This document shows positions 41,101 through 56,100 of a DNA stretch of 64,000 nt, piece by piece (position 1 is the stretch's first letter; every line of letters starts with the position of its first letter). The stretch lies in contig JAQGDQ010000173.1 of assembly GCA_030141605.1 (NCBI GenBank), positions 248,001 to 312,000 of the forward strand, in the 5' to 3' direction. Below the pieces are notes generated by a model, which saw nothing but the letters and a program-made list of their open reading frames with translations, was not told the origin of the DNA and ran no database searches. The position numbers were made by a program, and so were the translations under genes. Source of the DNA: Tubiluchus corallicola (Eukaryota > Animalia > Priapulida).

Positions 41101-44100
41101 ATTCAAACTTCTGCAGCACAGCAACTTCTGTCATTCATGCAAAAACATCAGATAATTAGCTACCTAATTTCGATGGAAATTGAATATGGGCCACTTAGCC
41201 TCAGCCAATGAACGACATATCACTGGCGTAAAATGAGAGCGACCAAGTGAAATGATCGTAACTTTAAAGTGATTTTACTAAAACACGAGTTGCTTATCAC
41301 ACTTTTAGTACCAAGTGTGCCTAATACTTTTCAAAAACATTGAAATAAGCCTAACTTCGCAGAAGGTTTCTTTCCTTTAAGATCACTTTTCGCTAGCGAC
41401 ATCTGTTAGGAAATATTTTCACTACTGACAGTCCACTGCTAGCATTTACATACCTGTAAGTTTTCAGGATCTTCTGGGTAAAGATGACAGTAGATTGTCT
41501 TTGGTCCAAGATCAACAGCCAACCAATCACCATAGATAAACACCCAAAACTTGTCTGAGTTTAAATCTCTTACGATTATTTTCCGCAGAAACCTGTAAAA
41601 TAAAAATGTGCTTTAGTGGCTTAGTGTGGTTTCACACAGTAAAGTAACACTGGGTTAGCTTAATATTTGGATTGGTGGGTGCAGAACTGTGTGACTAAAT
41701 TCTGCTGACTCAGACATTGCGTCTGCAGGCGGTTCTTCAGCTTCTTTGGTAGTTTAGTGGCTTCATCTGATGTCATTTAACAAAAAGTGAAACCATACCT
41801 TGCCGTGCAATTGCATAATTGTGAAAAATGTAAACATGGTGCAGATGTACTGACTTAGGACAAATTATTTTACTTACTTCAGATATAACAAAGTCCAGTC
41901 CTAGATGATATGATGTCAAATCAAACAGGACTGTCATGATGTAATGATGATCATGGTTTACATGTAATGATGACTACAACGGCATTTTGGAAACCAAAAC
42001 ACATTAACGACGACCTAATAAATTGTTGAACTCGTTATTTTAGGGTTCATCATGAACACCCACAATATTTACAAACATTTTCAGCACAGCAACCTCCCTG
42101 GACGTTTATCTTGTTTTCTGACTCACCATGACGGGTCACGTCCGTGGTTGTCGTGCCACACCTTGATGCTCTTTAGATCCCCCAGAGCGAAGCACGTGGT
42201 CATTATGAACCAATCAATTGAGCCGGTCATCATGAATGGTCGAAACCTGTCAATGAGGATGGTAGGGAAACTGTTCCCGTATTCACCTAGAATAGTCGTG
42301 AACATAATTTATGCAAGATTGGAAATTATAAAGCCAGAGAAAACAAAGAAATGCACCATTCACAAACGGCAGCCTATTAGTCAGTTGCTGATGTTAACAT
42401 GTAGATGGCAGCACCCAGTCGCACAAGAAAAATTAATTGTTGCTGGTTTAGGAAATCAGGTCGAGAGTTTTGGATTTGCGGGACAAGAAAGAAATCTATA
42501 AATGAGTAAACGGTTGTTCCATTGTTTATGTAATTATTTGTACTGATTATCTAAGTTAAATGAACTGTAAATCAACGTTAAAGCCAGACGTCTCAATGGA
42601 TTCCAACCATGAATTGTTTTACAGCCACACAAAACAAGTAATTTGTGTTTTGCTTGTTTTGACTTTGTGCTGAATAATAATTAGCAGTGTAAACCTGTTA
42701 CAGTTACATGGCTCGTTAACCCATCAGAGTCACATGGCTCGTTAACCTGTCAGAATCACATGACTCGTTAACCCTTCACAGTTGTACGGCTTGCTAACAC
42801 ATTACAGTCGCACGGTTAGTTAACCGGTTACAGTCACATGGCTCGTTAACCCGTCAGAATCACATGACTCGTTAACCCTTCACAGTTGTACGGTTTGCTA
42901 ACACATTACAGTCACACGGTTAGTTAACCTGTTACAGTCACATGGCTCGATACTTAATACTGAATCAGAGTTCTCACAACGTCATTTCACACTTAGCTAG
43001 TTCTCTAATAGCTAGTGAAGAAAGAGAAATTTTACGAAAAAGACAATGATGTCGTAAATATCTGTTAGGGTTCAGCGTATTAGCTTTAATTTTACTTTAA
43101 TACTATAGTCATACCTCCGTCGTCGACCGTCTCCGTACTCGTACAAATCGGTTTTTGGCCACATGTCAAACACGTGATGGACGCATGTGTGGCGAGCTGA
43201 GTAGAGCTGAGCGTAACTGATCGTTCCCGAGAGTAGTCACGCACAACATTTGAATCGCTTAACATCGCTAAGTGCTTTCTCTGCTTTTTTCATGCGAGAA
43301 TAATTATGTTTTTCATTCTAAGTAATTCTATTATGTTTTTATTATCAATTATATCTGGGGCATGTCGCTCGAATGGCCCGCTCCCACTTACCATTCATCT
43401 CCATGTTCGAGCCGGCGCAGGTGGCAGCAGGATGCCGCGGCACGTGGAAGCGCTCTGCAGAGGAGGTCAACAAAAGCACTTCTGGCATGAAATCAAGCGC
43501 GATAGTGTCTCCTCTTGGGCTGGACTGCTACCACCAAGTTTCCGATGATCTCACAGAGCTGCGGTCGTACGGCGAGGATTCAGGATGCTACCTGTGCTGG
43601 TCTGCCTCCACCTGGTGGGGCAGCAAGTAAATAACAAGTAAGCTAAGCGCTTTCTACGCTTACTTTTCTCTGCCTTTTCATGCAGGAACAATTATGTTTT
43701 TCGTTCTAAGTAATTCTATTATGTTTTTATTTCAATTATATCATATCTACTGTTTGAATAAGCATTTTTGCATTATATTTCGTTTAAGTAATAATTTACA
43801 GTTCATTTTGTGCTTGAGAACGGATTATTTGGCTTTACATTATTTCTTATGGGAATAAATGATTCGGTACTCAACCAAATCAGTTTTCAAACACTTTTTA
43901 GGAAAGAAAACAAAAATACTACTGCATATAACATTGATGCTGAAAATGTTATGCTACGGGAACAAACATTGACGGTTTACCATTACTAGACTGACAAAAA
44001 GCATAAATCTTCTAGTCTGGGAACTGAACCGGGGCCCGCTGTCATATATGACAGGAACTCAAAGACTTTCAAGCTGCAGCATTCTGTCAGAATTTTTCAC

Positions 44101-47100
44101 AACAATTTCAAAAATCTATAAAAAGCGATGCAGTAATTTTTTTAATTTACTAAACCATCAACATTGTATAACATGAAAATTAGATACCATTGAAAATGGT
44201 TGCCATGGTAAAGCTTGGCAGGGCCTACTTACTGAGTAATAAGTAATAATACCTGAGACTGAGGCAGTACTGGACTCTGGGTTACTGGAATCACTGGATT
44301 AACAGAGAAACGTTATATCCTAGTATTAATTTCCTGGTAGTCGCCCATTCACTTATTAACTAAACCCCGTGTTGCATAATTACTGCAGCCAATGCTTTAT
44401 ATATCTAAGCAATATGACTAGTACTTTATTTAGATGACTTGCGCACACTCACCATTCAGAATAATAAACACATTGGACGTAGTTCCTGCACCTTTCCTAA
44501 TACCCGTGTAAGTAATGATAAGATAAGCATGCTGGTCATTTGGGTTGTTGTCTTCTAGAAACGTAACGCCAACCTGTAAACAAAAACAACAACAACAGCA
44601 GTTATTTTTTTAACTAGATCTCAAGACCAGGTAATTTGGTGGATCCAGATCAGTTATAATTTGTATCATGAGTGCGTAAAACTATCAATTGCAAAAAAAA
44701 ATTAGAGCAGGTAAGAAAAAATGCGCCTAACAGTCTAATTACACGAATTAGTCTTCATTTTTTTAAAGAATTTGAATGATTTCTATTAAACTTTTTAGAA
44801 ATTTGCAAAAGTATCGCTTAGTTTTTTTATGCTGCTATACTTGTAGTGCAAGCAATACCAGTAATCTTCATGCTGAGGTTTCTTGCAGCAAGTAGCGAGC
44901 AAAGATAGCACTATTGTCACAACAATGTCTGTTAACAATTTAAGCCATCTACTTCCAGTAAAAGCGTACACTGGGGTTTTTTTTTGTTCAAACCAACTGA
45001 GTGTCAAACTTTCAAAATCAAAGTTCATCAATGTTTGCAGTGTTTTCACTTAAAGTTACTCAGTGACCTCGAAAATGGATAGGCGATACATCCCGAATCT
45101 GAGCACACCATCAGAATTGTACCATTTCTCATTTGATACACGTGTGCTTGCAAACAAAAACCACCTCTCATAAGTCGGCATACTCAAAACTATGTTACGA
45201 TGCCTTGGTATGCACCAAAAAATGTCAATTTCTTGTTTTTTTTATAAAAACCAACACTAAATATATTGGACTTTTATATTATAGCATCATATTATCAGGA
45301 AAATGTTCACAAATACTAAAAATCTAATTTTATGACTCTGTACCCACTTTTCTGTATAGAAACTAGTACTGCATTTGTAAAAAAAACTTGTAAACTCATG
45401 GGAGCAGCCATTTTGCTTCAGGTTGTTTTGTTGACAAGACCAGACCTTCATCAGGAAGAGCCATCTGCTGGATCTAAACACAACTTCAATGCACTCTTGC
45501 AAAGTCCATAGCAACTAACATTTGTCCGCCTGCTAAAGGCTTTGCAGAAACGCGGAAACAATGGCTAACTATAACAGTGATTTTCTCAAGATTACGTTTT
45601 TCAGTGCGCAGCATGCACCTGAACTTCAACGTTGATTACCATAGCTTAAAAACAACATAAAGCAAAGAGCTTGGTATCAAGGTGATCCTTCTGAAATTGA
45701 GATTCAGGATACATGAATAACTAGAAAAGTTTAATTGCCGACTTATGGACGATTTTGCTATGAAAGTACACATTTCTATCCCTCTGATTTAAAAACTATT
45801 TTACGAACCTGTAAAAAATCCGCTTTATCTTTCGATCTCACATACAGAATGACAAACAAATAAATGACCCAAACTAGAACCACGATGATGATGGTGATCG
45901 GATTGTCGAAAAATTGCAGGAAAAGGACGGCCTCTTTGAAGGGCATGATTCTGTTCGGGGCCACGAGGATGCTCCCTCCAAATGTACTCATGTGGTCACA
46001 CTTGCAATGTAACCTCTTTTCCGTTGTGAGCGGTCCAACCTGCAAATACAAGTGGAAAACAGTAAATTAGTAACATTAGTTTAATTGCCCAAAAACAGAT
46101 GGTGCCACTACTTAAAATAAAGCCTATTGATAAATTTAAATACTGCACCAGTGCAGAGAAGGATTGCTAAGCGGCGTGTCAAACAATATTTGGCAAATGT
46201 GTTGCTCAAGAGCTGTTTTTGCTGTATAATACAACATGATACCTGTTGTTTGCCTAGCAGTACGTATTAGAACTACGGCTGTAACAATACACCTGGGACA
46301 TGATACCTGTTGTTTGCGTAGCAGTACGTATTAGAACTACGGTTGTAACAATACACCTGGGGCATGATACCTATTGTTTGCCTAGCAGTACGTATTAGAA
46401 CTACGGCTGTAACAATACACCTGGGGCATGATACCTGTTGTTTGCCTAGCAGTACGTATTAGAACTACGGCTGTAACAATACACCTGGCGCATGATACCT
46501 GTTGTTTGGGTAGCAGTACGTATTAGAACTACGGTTGTAACAATACACCTGGCGCATGATACCTGTTGTTTGCCTAGCAGTACGTATTTGAACTACGGCT
46601 GTAACAATACACCTGGGACATGATACCTGTTGTTTGTCTAGCAATACGTATTAGAACTACGGCTGTAACACTACACCTGGGACATGATACCTGTTGTTTG
46701 CCTAGCAGTACGTATTAGAACTACGGTTGTAACAATACACCTGGGGCATGATACCTATTGTTTGCCTAGCAGTACGTATTAGAACTACGGCTGTAACAAT
46801 ACACCCGGGGCATACCTGTTGTTTGCCTAGCAGTACGTATTAGAACTACGGCTGTAACAATACACCTGGGGCATGATACAATGTATATCAGGCTACCAAT
46901 CTCACGATACGATGTGTATCACCATAAATCTGACATTGCAGGTTTTTTTTTGAAGTCATTGATAATAAATGCTAACGAAATTTTATCAAAGAACATTTTT
47001 AAAATTGCTAAATGCTAAAATAACTCGACAAACTCTTTGATTTTTATTTATTACTTGTGTCATCAAGTTAACACAAAGGCTATTTCGTTTGCATTGTGAG

Positions 47101-50100
47101 TCCTAAACAAAACAAAATATAACAAAATTTTACGTTTAAAAGTTGCTTGTGCAGAAAGAAACATAATTGAATTAAAATAATTCTTACGCTGCAACCTTTA
47201 TCCGTCCATTCTTCTGTCGTCTCATTCCAGTAAAGACACTTTGTCATGAAGAAACCAAGAGTAAAGTTCACTTTATTAATGACAGGCGGCGCTACAAGCA
47301 GAAAAGCATTAAAACACCAAAGCAACATCAAAATGTCATTGTTAAAAGGGATTCAAGGCAATCAAACCTGCAAAAAACCAGATGGTTTCGTCTAGCGGTA
47401 ATGTGCCCACTTTCCGTCTAGGAGGCTCATGAGTTCAATACAGCGGCCGGGTCATACCAAGGTCATTCCATACCTACCTGGCGCGTGGTATTTAGGGTAA
47501 AAGTGGGGTAATAATGGTCTTTGTTATGTAGTTGTAGATTGTTATTTACAGTCGTTCCAAAAGCTCTTTGAAGCTCATATTGATGGTTCCACTAAAACTG
47601 ACTTTACGCATTTCAAGAAATGAGCTCAAGTCGTTTAAGCTCGCCTAACTGAAATCTTTGATACTTTTCCATCGTCTTTCATCAGTGCTGAGTAGTGAAA
47701 TCTAATTAAATTCATTAAGATCTGTTGCTAATTAAGGCGAGCCGTTCATTATCATAACACCCTGTCATTACCATTTGTGTCTGAAACCATAACACATTTG
47801 CGTCTGAAAGATACAGCACCTGTTTTTTGTGCAACACTTCGAAATGTAGGCGCTAAGGCCCATCTAACTAGCGAACGGCGAAATGCATGCAACAGTGAAG
47901 AAAACAATGTTCGATCGGCGTTACAAACAGAGTCTTAACACGCGTGCACGCATGCACGCACGCATGCACACACACACACAGAATCTGAAATGCACTAAAT
48001 TTTGTGAAAATTGAACAGAAAATCATTATCATAGCCTACCAGGTGGCGTGTTATTCCGATGGAGCAGACACGGAAACGTCTTCACATTCACCGGAGGCAC
48101 TCCCTCCAACCACTGCCCACATGGACAGGTCATTTCTAGATATCCATCAACTATAAGTATCTACAACACAGAAAAACAGATTGCTCAAGCATAACAATGA
48201 TCTAATACAAGTAAAGCATGGATATAAACACAGTGAAAATATGTATATTAAAGTGCAAACTGCAAATCTTTTCCTCGACTTTGGTTAACAGGTATTGCTA
48301 ACAGTGTGCTATCTTTTATATGTTATCTTTAATTTAAGGTTTTCGGATCCCAACTCTGTTTTTTATATAAACACACACACACACACACACACACACATGC
48401 ACAAATCATTGTTAAAACGCAATAGCGTTGTCAAGCGAGTACTTGCTATGTATATATATATATATATATCCCCCTATATAAATACAAAAGTTGCAGAGGA
48501 TGCCCTTGGAAGAGACAAATCTTGAACCTCGAATCCTTGCTTGTGAGTAGACTGTAAGTAAATACCAGTCACCTTCTCTAACAACCAACTTGGACTAAAC
48601 CCTCCATTGTCGTGCCACACGGTAATACTGCGTATCAGACCCACGGATATGATACTGAAATCAAACCAGTCAACTCTGAAAATAAACAAATAATTTTAAT
48701 AAAATTTGTTATTAAAAATCTCACGAATAAATTTAATTACTTCACTGCCTTGTATGACCAGACCCTCCCGTCCTGAAAATGTTATTCTGACCGGTCCTGT
48801 ATGATGAGACCCTCCCGTCCTGAAAATGTTATTCTGACCGGTCCTGTATGATGAGACCCTCCCGTCCTGAAAATGTTATTCTGACCGGTCCTGTATGATG
48901 AGACCCTCCCGTCCTGAAAATGTTATTCTGACCGGTCCTGTATGACCAGACCCTCCCGTCCTGAAAATGTTATTCTGACCGGTCATGTATGATGAGACCC
49001 TCCCGTCCTGAAAATGTTATTCTGACCAGTCCTGTATGATGAGACTCTCCCGTCATGAAAATGTTATTCTGACTGGTCCTGTATGATGAGACCCTCCCAT
49101 CCTGAAAATGTTATTCTGACCGGTCCTGTATGATGAGACCCTCCCGTCCTGAAAATGTTATTCTGACCGGTCCTGTATGACCAGACCCTCCCGTCCTGAA
49201 AATGTTATTCTGACCGGTCCTGTATGATGAGAGCCTCCCGTCCTGAAAATGTAATTCTGACTGGTCCTGTATGACGAGAGCCTCCCGTCCTGAAAATGTT
49301 ATTCTGACCGGTCCTGTATGACCAGACCCTCCCGTCCTGAAAATGCAATTCTGACCGGTCCTGTATGATGAGACTTTCCCGTCATGAAAATGTTATTCTG
49401 ACCGGTCATGTATGATGAGACCTTCCCATCATGAAAATGTTATTCTGACTTGTCCTGTATGATGAGACCCTCCCGTCTTGAAAATGTTATTCTGACTGTC
49501 CTGCATGGTGAGACCCTCCCGTCTTGAAAATGTTATTCTGACTGTCCTGCATGATGAGACCCTCCCGTCTTGAAAATGTTATTCTGACTGTCCTGCATGA
49601 TGAGACCCTACCATTGTGAAAATGATATTCTGACTCTCCTGTATGATGACACCCTCCCGTCTTGAAAATGTTACTCAGAATGGCCTGTATGACGAAACTG
49701 TACATACTGTTATACTTAATATACAAAATTAACTGACACGCATACCAGTAGCAATGATGCCAGCAGCCATACATATGCTAGGCATACTTCATGAATCAGG
49801 TTACTGAAAATAAAAAGTGGTGCTGCCCTCTGTTGACTTTTCATGTGCTTTTCCTAATTTCTTGTTTTTCAATTACAATACAGTGGACTCTCGTTATAAG
49901 AATCACCTCGGGAGAAGGCAAAGTGATTCTTATAACGAGCACGACCCAGAATTGCTTTAAAAATTTTTATGCACATAAAAATGATTTATTTCCCGAAATT
50001 ACGCTAGAAACGACATGAAACAGCATAATGTTTTTCTGGCCTAAAAAGAACCTAAAAATTCCTAGACTAATGTTTCTATTTCATGGTTGGGTAAATATTT

Positions 50101-53100
50101 CATGATGCCAGAATTGCCTTAAAATTTTTTTAATGCACATAATTTTTGTCATAAAACAAACAAATTTGAAATCTCTGTGGTGTCCGCCACGCCCACTGCG
50201 CAGAACCATGCAAGCAGGGCGTGAGAGACAATGGAGTTGGCGCCAAAATTGATTCTACTATCGAAAGAAGGGTGATTCTTATACGAGCAGATTTTCACTA
50301 GGAAAATGCAGATTCAATTCGGGAAACGCGATTTTGATTCTTATATCGAGCTGATTCTTATACGTGTGATTCTTGTAACGAGAGTCCACTGTAGTACTTT
50401 TAGCTTTAGTAGTTATCAACCACGCTTGGACTGTAATGTAAATAACTAGATATTTTAATGACATCACGTGAGTATTGTTGAAATTGATTAAGATCATTGA
50501 GAAATTTCACTTTTTACACAACATATTCATTATTTTTACTACAATGAGTATTCCTTGGTTAAAAGAGTTAAAGGATCTAACAAGACGGATTCTTAAACTT
50601 TTGTAATGATCACAATTTTTATGCCAAGATGTTTTTTGGATTTGTGCATTTTAAACAAATTTACCGAGTATTTTATATTGTTCTGTACGGTTTCTGTAAA
50701 TACTGTTCTGTTCTGTAATTTAGCTATTTTTCAAGGGGTGCTGGAAGACTTTTCTCAAATAGCTAAGTTATCTAAAATAACAAAAAGCAGTCAACGGCAG
50801 TCTATAATTTTATATGTTTAACAAAATGTGACACAGAACTTTGGCTTTCACGAATTAATTTTTACAATTGCCTACAAGCTATGATAGAAAAAGTTAACTT
50901 TACCTTCCCCGTGCAAAGTTTTGCCTCTTCTCGAAGACTCTGAAAATGGGAGAGTCACCTCTTTCACCGTGGAGCATCACGTACACGGAAGCACTCGTAC
51001 CGGCAAATTTCACATCAGCAGTGTAAGTGACAATCTTGTATGGAGCAATGGTGGCTGCAAAACAAATACAAAACACAAACAATTATACGTAGATACAGTC
51101 AAACCGGTTTACACTGCTTGCTTTTGACATTATAGACAGTTTAACATTATAACAAGATGCATTAATACATACATGTCTATGCAATATAAACATTTTGTTT
51201 TGCCAAAAATTTGGGGGTTGAGTGAGGTCAGTATTACAAAGGGGGCATTATAATGAGGTTTCGCTGTATTTCCAATTAACGATGCACTTATGCCACACAA
51301 TCAAGAATATTTATAGTAGAAATTTGTTATATAAAACACTAGTGTTGCATATGTAATAGTGATAAGATGTATTATTGTATAAATAAAGTTATTCTTTAAA
51401 GTTTTTGTACTGTTGCCAAAGAAGCTTTTCACTGTATAAGGATTAACGACTGCAGTCATCATTAGCGATGGATTCCACAAGCAAAACACCAGTTATACAG
51501 GAACAAAACAACCAGCTATATAGGAACAAAACAACCAGCTATATAGGAACAAAACAACCAGTAATATAGAAACAAATTAACCAGCTCTATAGGAAAAAAG
51601 CAACAAACTATATAGGAACAAAACGACCAGCTATATGGGAACAAAACATAAAACTATATAGGAACAAAACAGCCAGCTATATAGAAACAAAACAACCAGC
51701 TATATAGAAACAAAAACAAACTATATAGGAACAAAACAACCAGCTATATAGAAACAAAACAACCAGCTATATAGGAACAAAACAACCAGCTATATAGAAA
51801 CAAAACAAACTGTATAGGAACAAAACAACCAGCTATATGGAAACAAAACAAAAACTGTATAGGAACAAAACAACCAGCTATATGGGAACAAAACATAAAA
51901 CTATATAGAAGCAAAAATCCACTTTAACAATATATATCCTAAAATTTTTAATAAAAGTTGTTTTATTTTTGTGATTTTATGAGCGCCAGGAATGCATTGA
52001 TTTGGTTTTTATTTCAATTAAATTTGTTAATCAATCTACAAGCACCACATCATAACTTTGCAAGAATTCCCGGTTTGAAAAAAAAACAAATTTATTGATT
52101 GATCCAAATCAAGTAAGCAAAAATTGACGATACCTTTCCAATTTTCAGTCACTTACCTTGTGATTCTGGCTTAGATTCATTTTTAATGCGTGCGGCTATG
52201 AGTGCGGGATTCTCCATCCACCAGTAAGTCGTACACTGCACCAGTGTCTCGTGGGTCACGTTCACACATGTTTCGTTCATGGGTTGTAAACATAATTCCT
52301 CTTGTCTCTGACACACTGCCGTACAATCGTTCGCCAGCGCAGAGTCACAAAGCGGTAGGCAACTGTAACAGGTAGCGTTACACTGAGACATGTCCAACAT
52401 ACAAGCATCTGTGTGCTCCACCGTACAATTGTTGTAAATGTCCCAACACGCCTGTCGTTTGGAATCCTCGTGCAGCGTCAACGTACAGTCAACATCTGTG
52501 CGGTGGATGCACGGTGCGACGGTTTCGCACTCAAATTCCTGGATGCACTTTTCACGCTGCTCTTCGCATAAGCCTTCGCAACACTTCCTACATTCACCTA
52601 CATCTATGATGCACTCAGTAAAACAAGCCGTTTGATAACGTTGACACCACTTCTTGGAGTAGAGTCGACATCCAGATAGCGTTTCTGCACAATTTCTCGA
52701 AATGTTTCTACAGTGATCCACCCAGTCATCATAACAAAGCTCCCTCTCTAGGCAAGAATCTACACTACATTTCTCTGCAATGCACTCCTCTGCATTCTCG
52801 GATGACGAGCATGTATCCACGGTAACACTGCATTCATCAGTCTCTCTGCACACCTCCTCCTTGCATTCAGTGTGGTTCTCCAATGAATAGCACGTATCCG
52901 TGGTAACACTGCACTCCATGACATGCTGTTTACAGGCCACTGACCGCTCGTAGCATGGAGGCATCCTTTCCGAATCAAACAGAATCCCTAGTTGGTAAGT
53001 GATGTTCTCGGGTAGAGGATTGTAAATGCTGAGAATGTAATTTGGTTGAACTGCTATGTATTCATCCTCGCGAGCAACAGGAATACGGTACAGCGGTCGA

Positions 53101-56100
53101 CGCCCATCATAGTCATCAATTACTGGCCGGTCATCCTGCTTGAATAAAACCTGTAAAATAGAAAAAAAACATGAATATGCTGGAATGAGAAACAAAAGTG
53201 GAAATTCACTGGGTAACTCATCGGGATTAACTCCTCACATTGTTTGTTTGTAACTTCCCACAATCACACAAAAAAGTTAACAATGTAGTCTTTAATTTAT
53301 TCCTAAACTGATTTTATATCTGTAATTATGTACAGTTTTAGCTCCAATGGGGGGGGGCTGTTTGCAGTGGGGTGCACTTGCATACTCCAGCGGGGGTGGG
53401 GAGCTGTTTGCAGTGGGGTGCACTAGCACACTCCAGCGGGGGGTGCTGTTTGCAGTGGGGTGCACGAGCACACTCCAGCGGGGGTGGGGGCTGTTTGCAG
53501 TGGGGGGCACGATCACACTCCAGCGGGGGTGGGGGGCAGTTTGCAGTGGGGTGCACTAGCACACTCCAGCACCAGCGGGGGGTCTTTTTGCAGTGGGGTG
53601 CACGAGCACACTCCAGTGGGGGGTGGGCTGTTTGCAGTGGGGTGCACTAGCACACTCCAGCTATAATTTCCTGTACATCATAAATTATGCTGAGCAGTTT
53701 ACATTGAAATTATTAGCACAGAAGTAGTATATTACATTCTCTGTGTGTCAATGATGCATAAACAAAACAGTTACATAAAACTGTTGCTTCAACATTAGCA
53801 GATGTTCTAGCAAGTTACCTTTAAAATGGTTCTATTGGATACATGTTTAAAAACGAGCACTAGGTGGCTCTCCGGGTTGTTGGTGATCGAATGTACGCTG
53901 ATGTGTTTGCTTTCCAGTGCCCTAGTGCTGCTTGTGTAATATGACTGAAACCACGTCAAGTCTAGACAAGTCAGCAAATAAAAACATTGTTAGCTGTGAT
54001 GATTTGAAATGTTTTAAAGATAAACGATAAGTCTAGACAAGCCAGTAAATAAAAACATTGTTAACTGTGATGATTTGAAATGTTTTAAAGATAAACGATA
54101 AGTCTAGACAAGTCAGCAAATAAAAACATTGTTAGCTGTGATGATTTGAAATGTTTTAAAGATAAACGATAAGTCTAGACAAGCCAGTAAATAAAAACAT
54201 TGTCAGTGTGATTATTTTAAATGTTTTAAAGATAAACGATAAGTCTGGACAAGTCAGCAAATAAAAACATTGTTAACTGTGATGATTTGAAATGTTTTAA
54301 AGATAAACGATAAGTCTAGACAAGTCAGCAAATAAAAACATTGTTAGCTGTGATGATCTGAAATGTTTTAAAGATAAACGATAAGTCTAGACAAGCCAGT
54401 AAATAAAAACATTGTCAGTGTGATTATTTTAAATGTTTTAAAGATAAACGATAAGTCTGGACAAGTCAGCAAATAAAAACATTGTTAGCTGTGATGATTT
54501 GAAATGTTTTAAAGATAAACGATAAGTCTAGACAAGCCAGCAAATAAAAACATTGTTAGCTGTGATGATTTGAAATGTTTTAAAGATAAACGATAAGTCT
54601 AGACAAGCCAGTAAATAAAAACATTGTCAGTGTGATTATTTTAAATGTCTTAAAGATAAACGATAAGTCTGGACAAGTCAGCAAATAAAAACATTGTTAA
54701 CTGTGATGATTTGAAATGTTTTAAAGATAAACGATAAGTCTAGACAAGTCAGCAAATAAAAACATTGTTAGCTGTGATGATTTGAAATGTTTTAAAGATA
54801 AACGATAAGTCTAGACAAGCCAGTAAATAAAAACATTGTCAGTATGATTATTTTAAATGTTTTAAAGATAAACGATAAGTCTGGACAAGTCAGCAAATAA
54901 AAACATTGTTAACTGTGATGATTTGAAATGTTTTAAAGATAAACGATAAGTCTAGACAAGTCAGCAAATAAAAACATTGTTAGCTGTGATGATTTGAAAT
55001 GTTTTAAAGATAAACGATAAGTCTAGACAAGCCAGTAAATAAAAACATTGTCAGTGTGATTATTTTAAATGTTTTAAAGATAAACGATAAGTCTAGACAA
55101 GTCAGCAAATAAAAACATTGTTAACTGTGATGATTTGAAATGTTTTAAAGATAAACGATAAGTCTAGACAAGTCGGCAAATAAAAACGTTGTTACTTGTG
55201 ATGATTTGAAAATGTTTTAAAGATAAACGATAAGTCTAGACAAGTCGGCAAATAAAAACGTTGTTACTTGTGATGATTTGAAATGTTTTAAAGATAAACG
55301 ATAAGTCTAGACAAGTCGGCAAATAAAAACGTTGTTACTTGTGATGATTTGAAAATGTTTTAAAGATAAACGATAAGTCTAGACAAGTCGGCAAATAAAA
55401 ACGTTGTTACTTGTGATGATTTGAAAATGTTTTAAAGATAAACGATAAGTCTAGACAAGTCAGCAAATAAAAACAGTGTTAGCTGTGATGATTTGAAATG
55501 TTTTAAAGATAAACGATAAGTCTAGACAAGTCAGCAAATAAAAATATTGTCAGTTGTGATCATTTTTCGCTGCACGAAAATGTGAGGATAATGTTTCCAT
55601 GAGAAAATAAAAATTTCAGAAATATTATAATTAACGTGACAATTGGCAGCAGCTTGGTTGTAACACAATTTCAGTATGTAATTGTAGCTCATGTTATTAT
55701 TAATTTGTAATAAAGAGTTAGTTATTCTTCTTCCATTAACTTTTCTACACTGACTATTACATGCTGTGCATACTGTGTTAATAAAACCAACTTTAGTTCC
55801 TTAACAGACAGTCGAGTAGTATTCTAGAAAGTACTCAAAACGCTGTGAGACTAGTTAAATGCCTGGCGATTCTAGAAAGTACTCAAAAGGTTGTGAGACT
55901 GTAGTTAAATACCTGGCGATTCTAGAAAGCACTCAAAAGGCTGTGAGACTGTAGTTAAATACCTGGCGATTCTAGAAAGTACCCAAAAGGTTGTGAGACT
56001 GTAGTTAAATGCCTGGTGATTCTAGAAAGTACTCAAAACGCTGTGAGACTAGTTAAATGCCTGGCGATTCTAGAAAGTACTCAAAAGGTTGTGAGACTGT

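Noticed and set aside
43090-43900. GC-rich ORFs 43306-43630 between ~80-bp direct repeats
   Set aside because: Probably a decayed TE fragment; no recognisable protein motif or clean termini.
48750-49692. 47-bp array as another exon-derived junction array
   Set aside because: It contains ttttcag but does not match the neighbouring exon and stops ~75 bp short of the acceptor; the flanking exons join without it.
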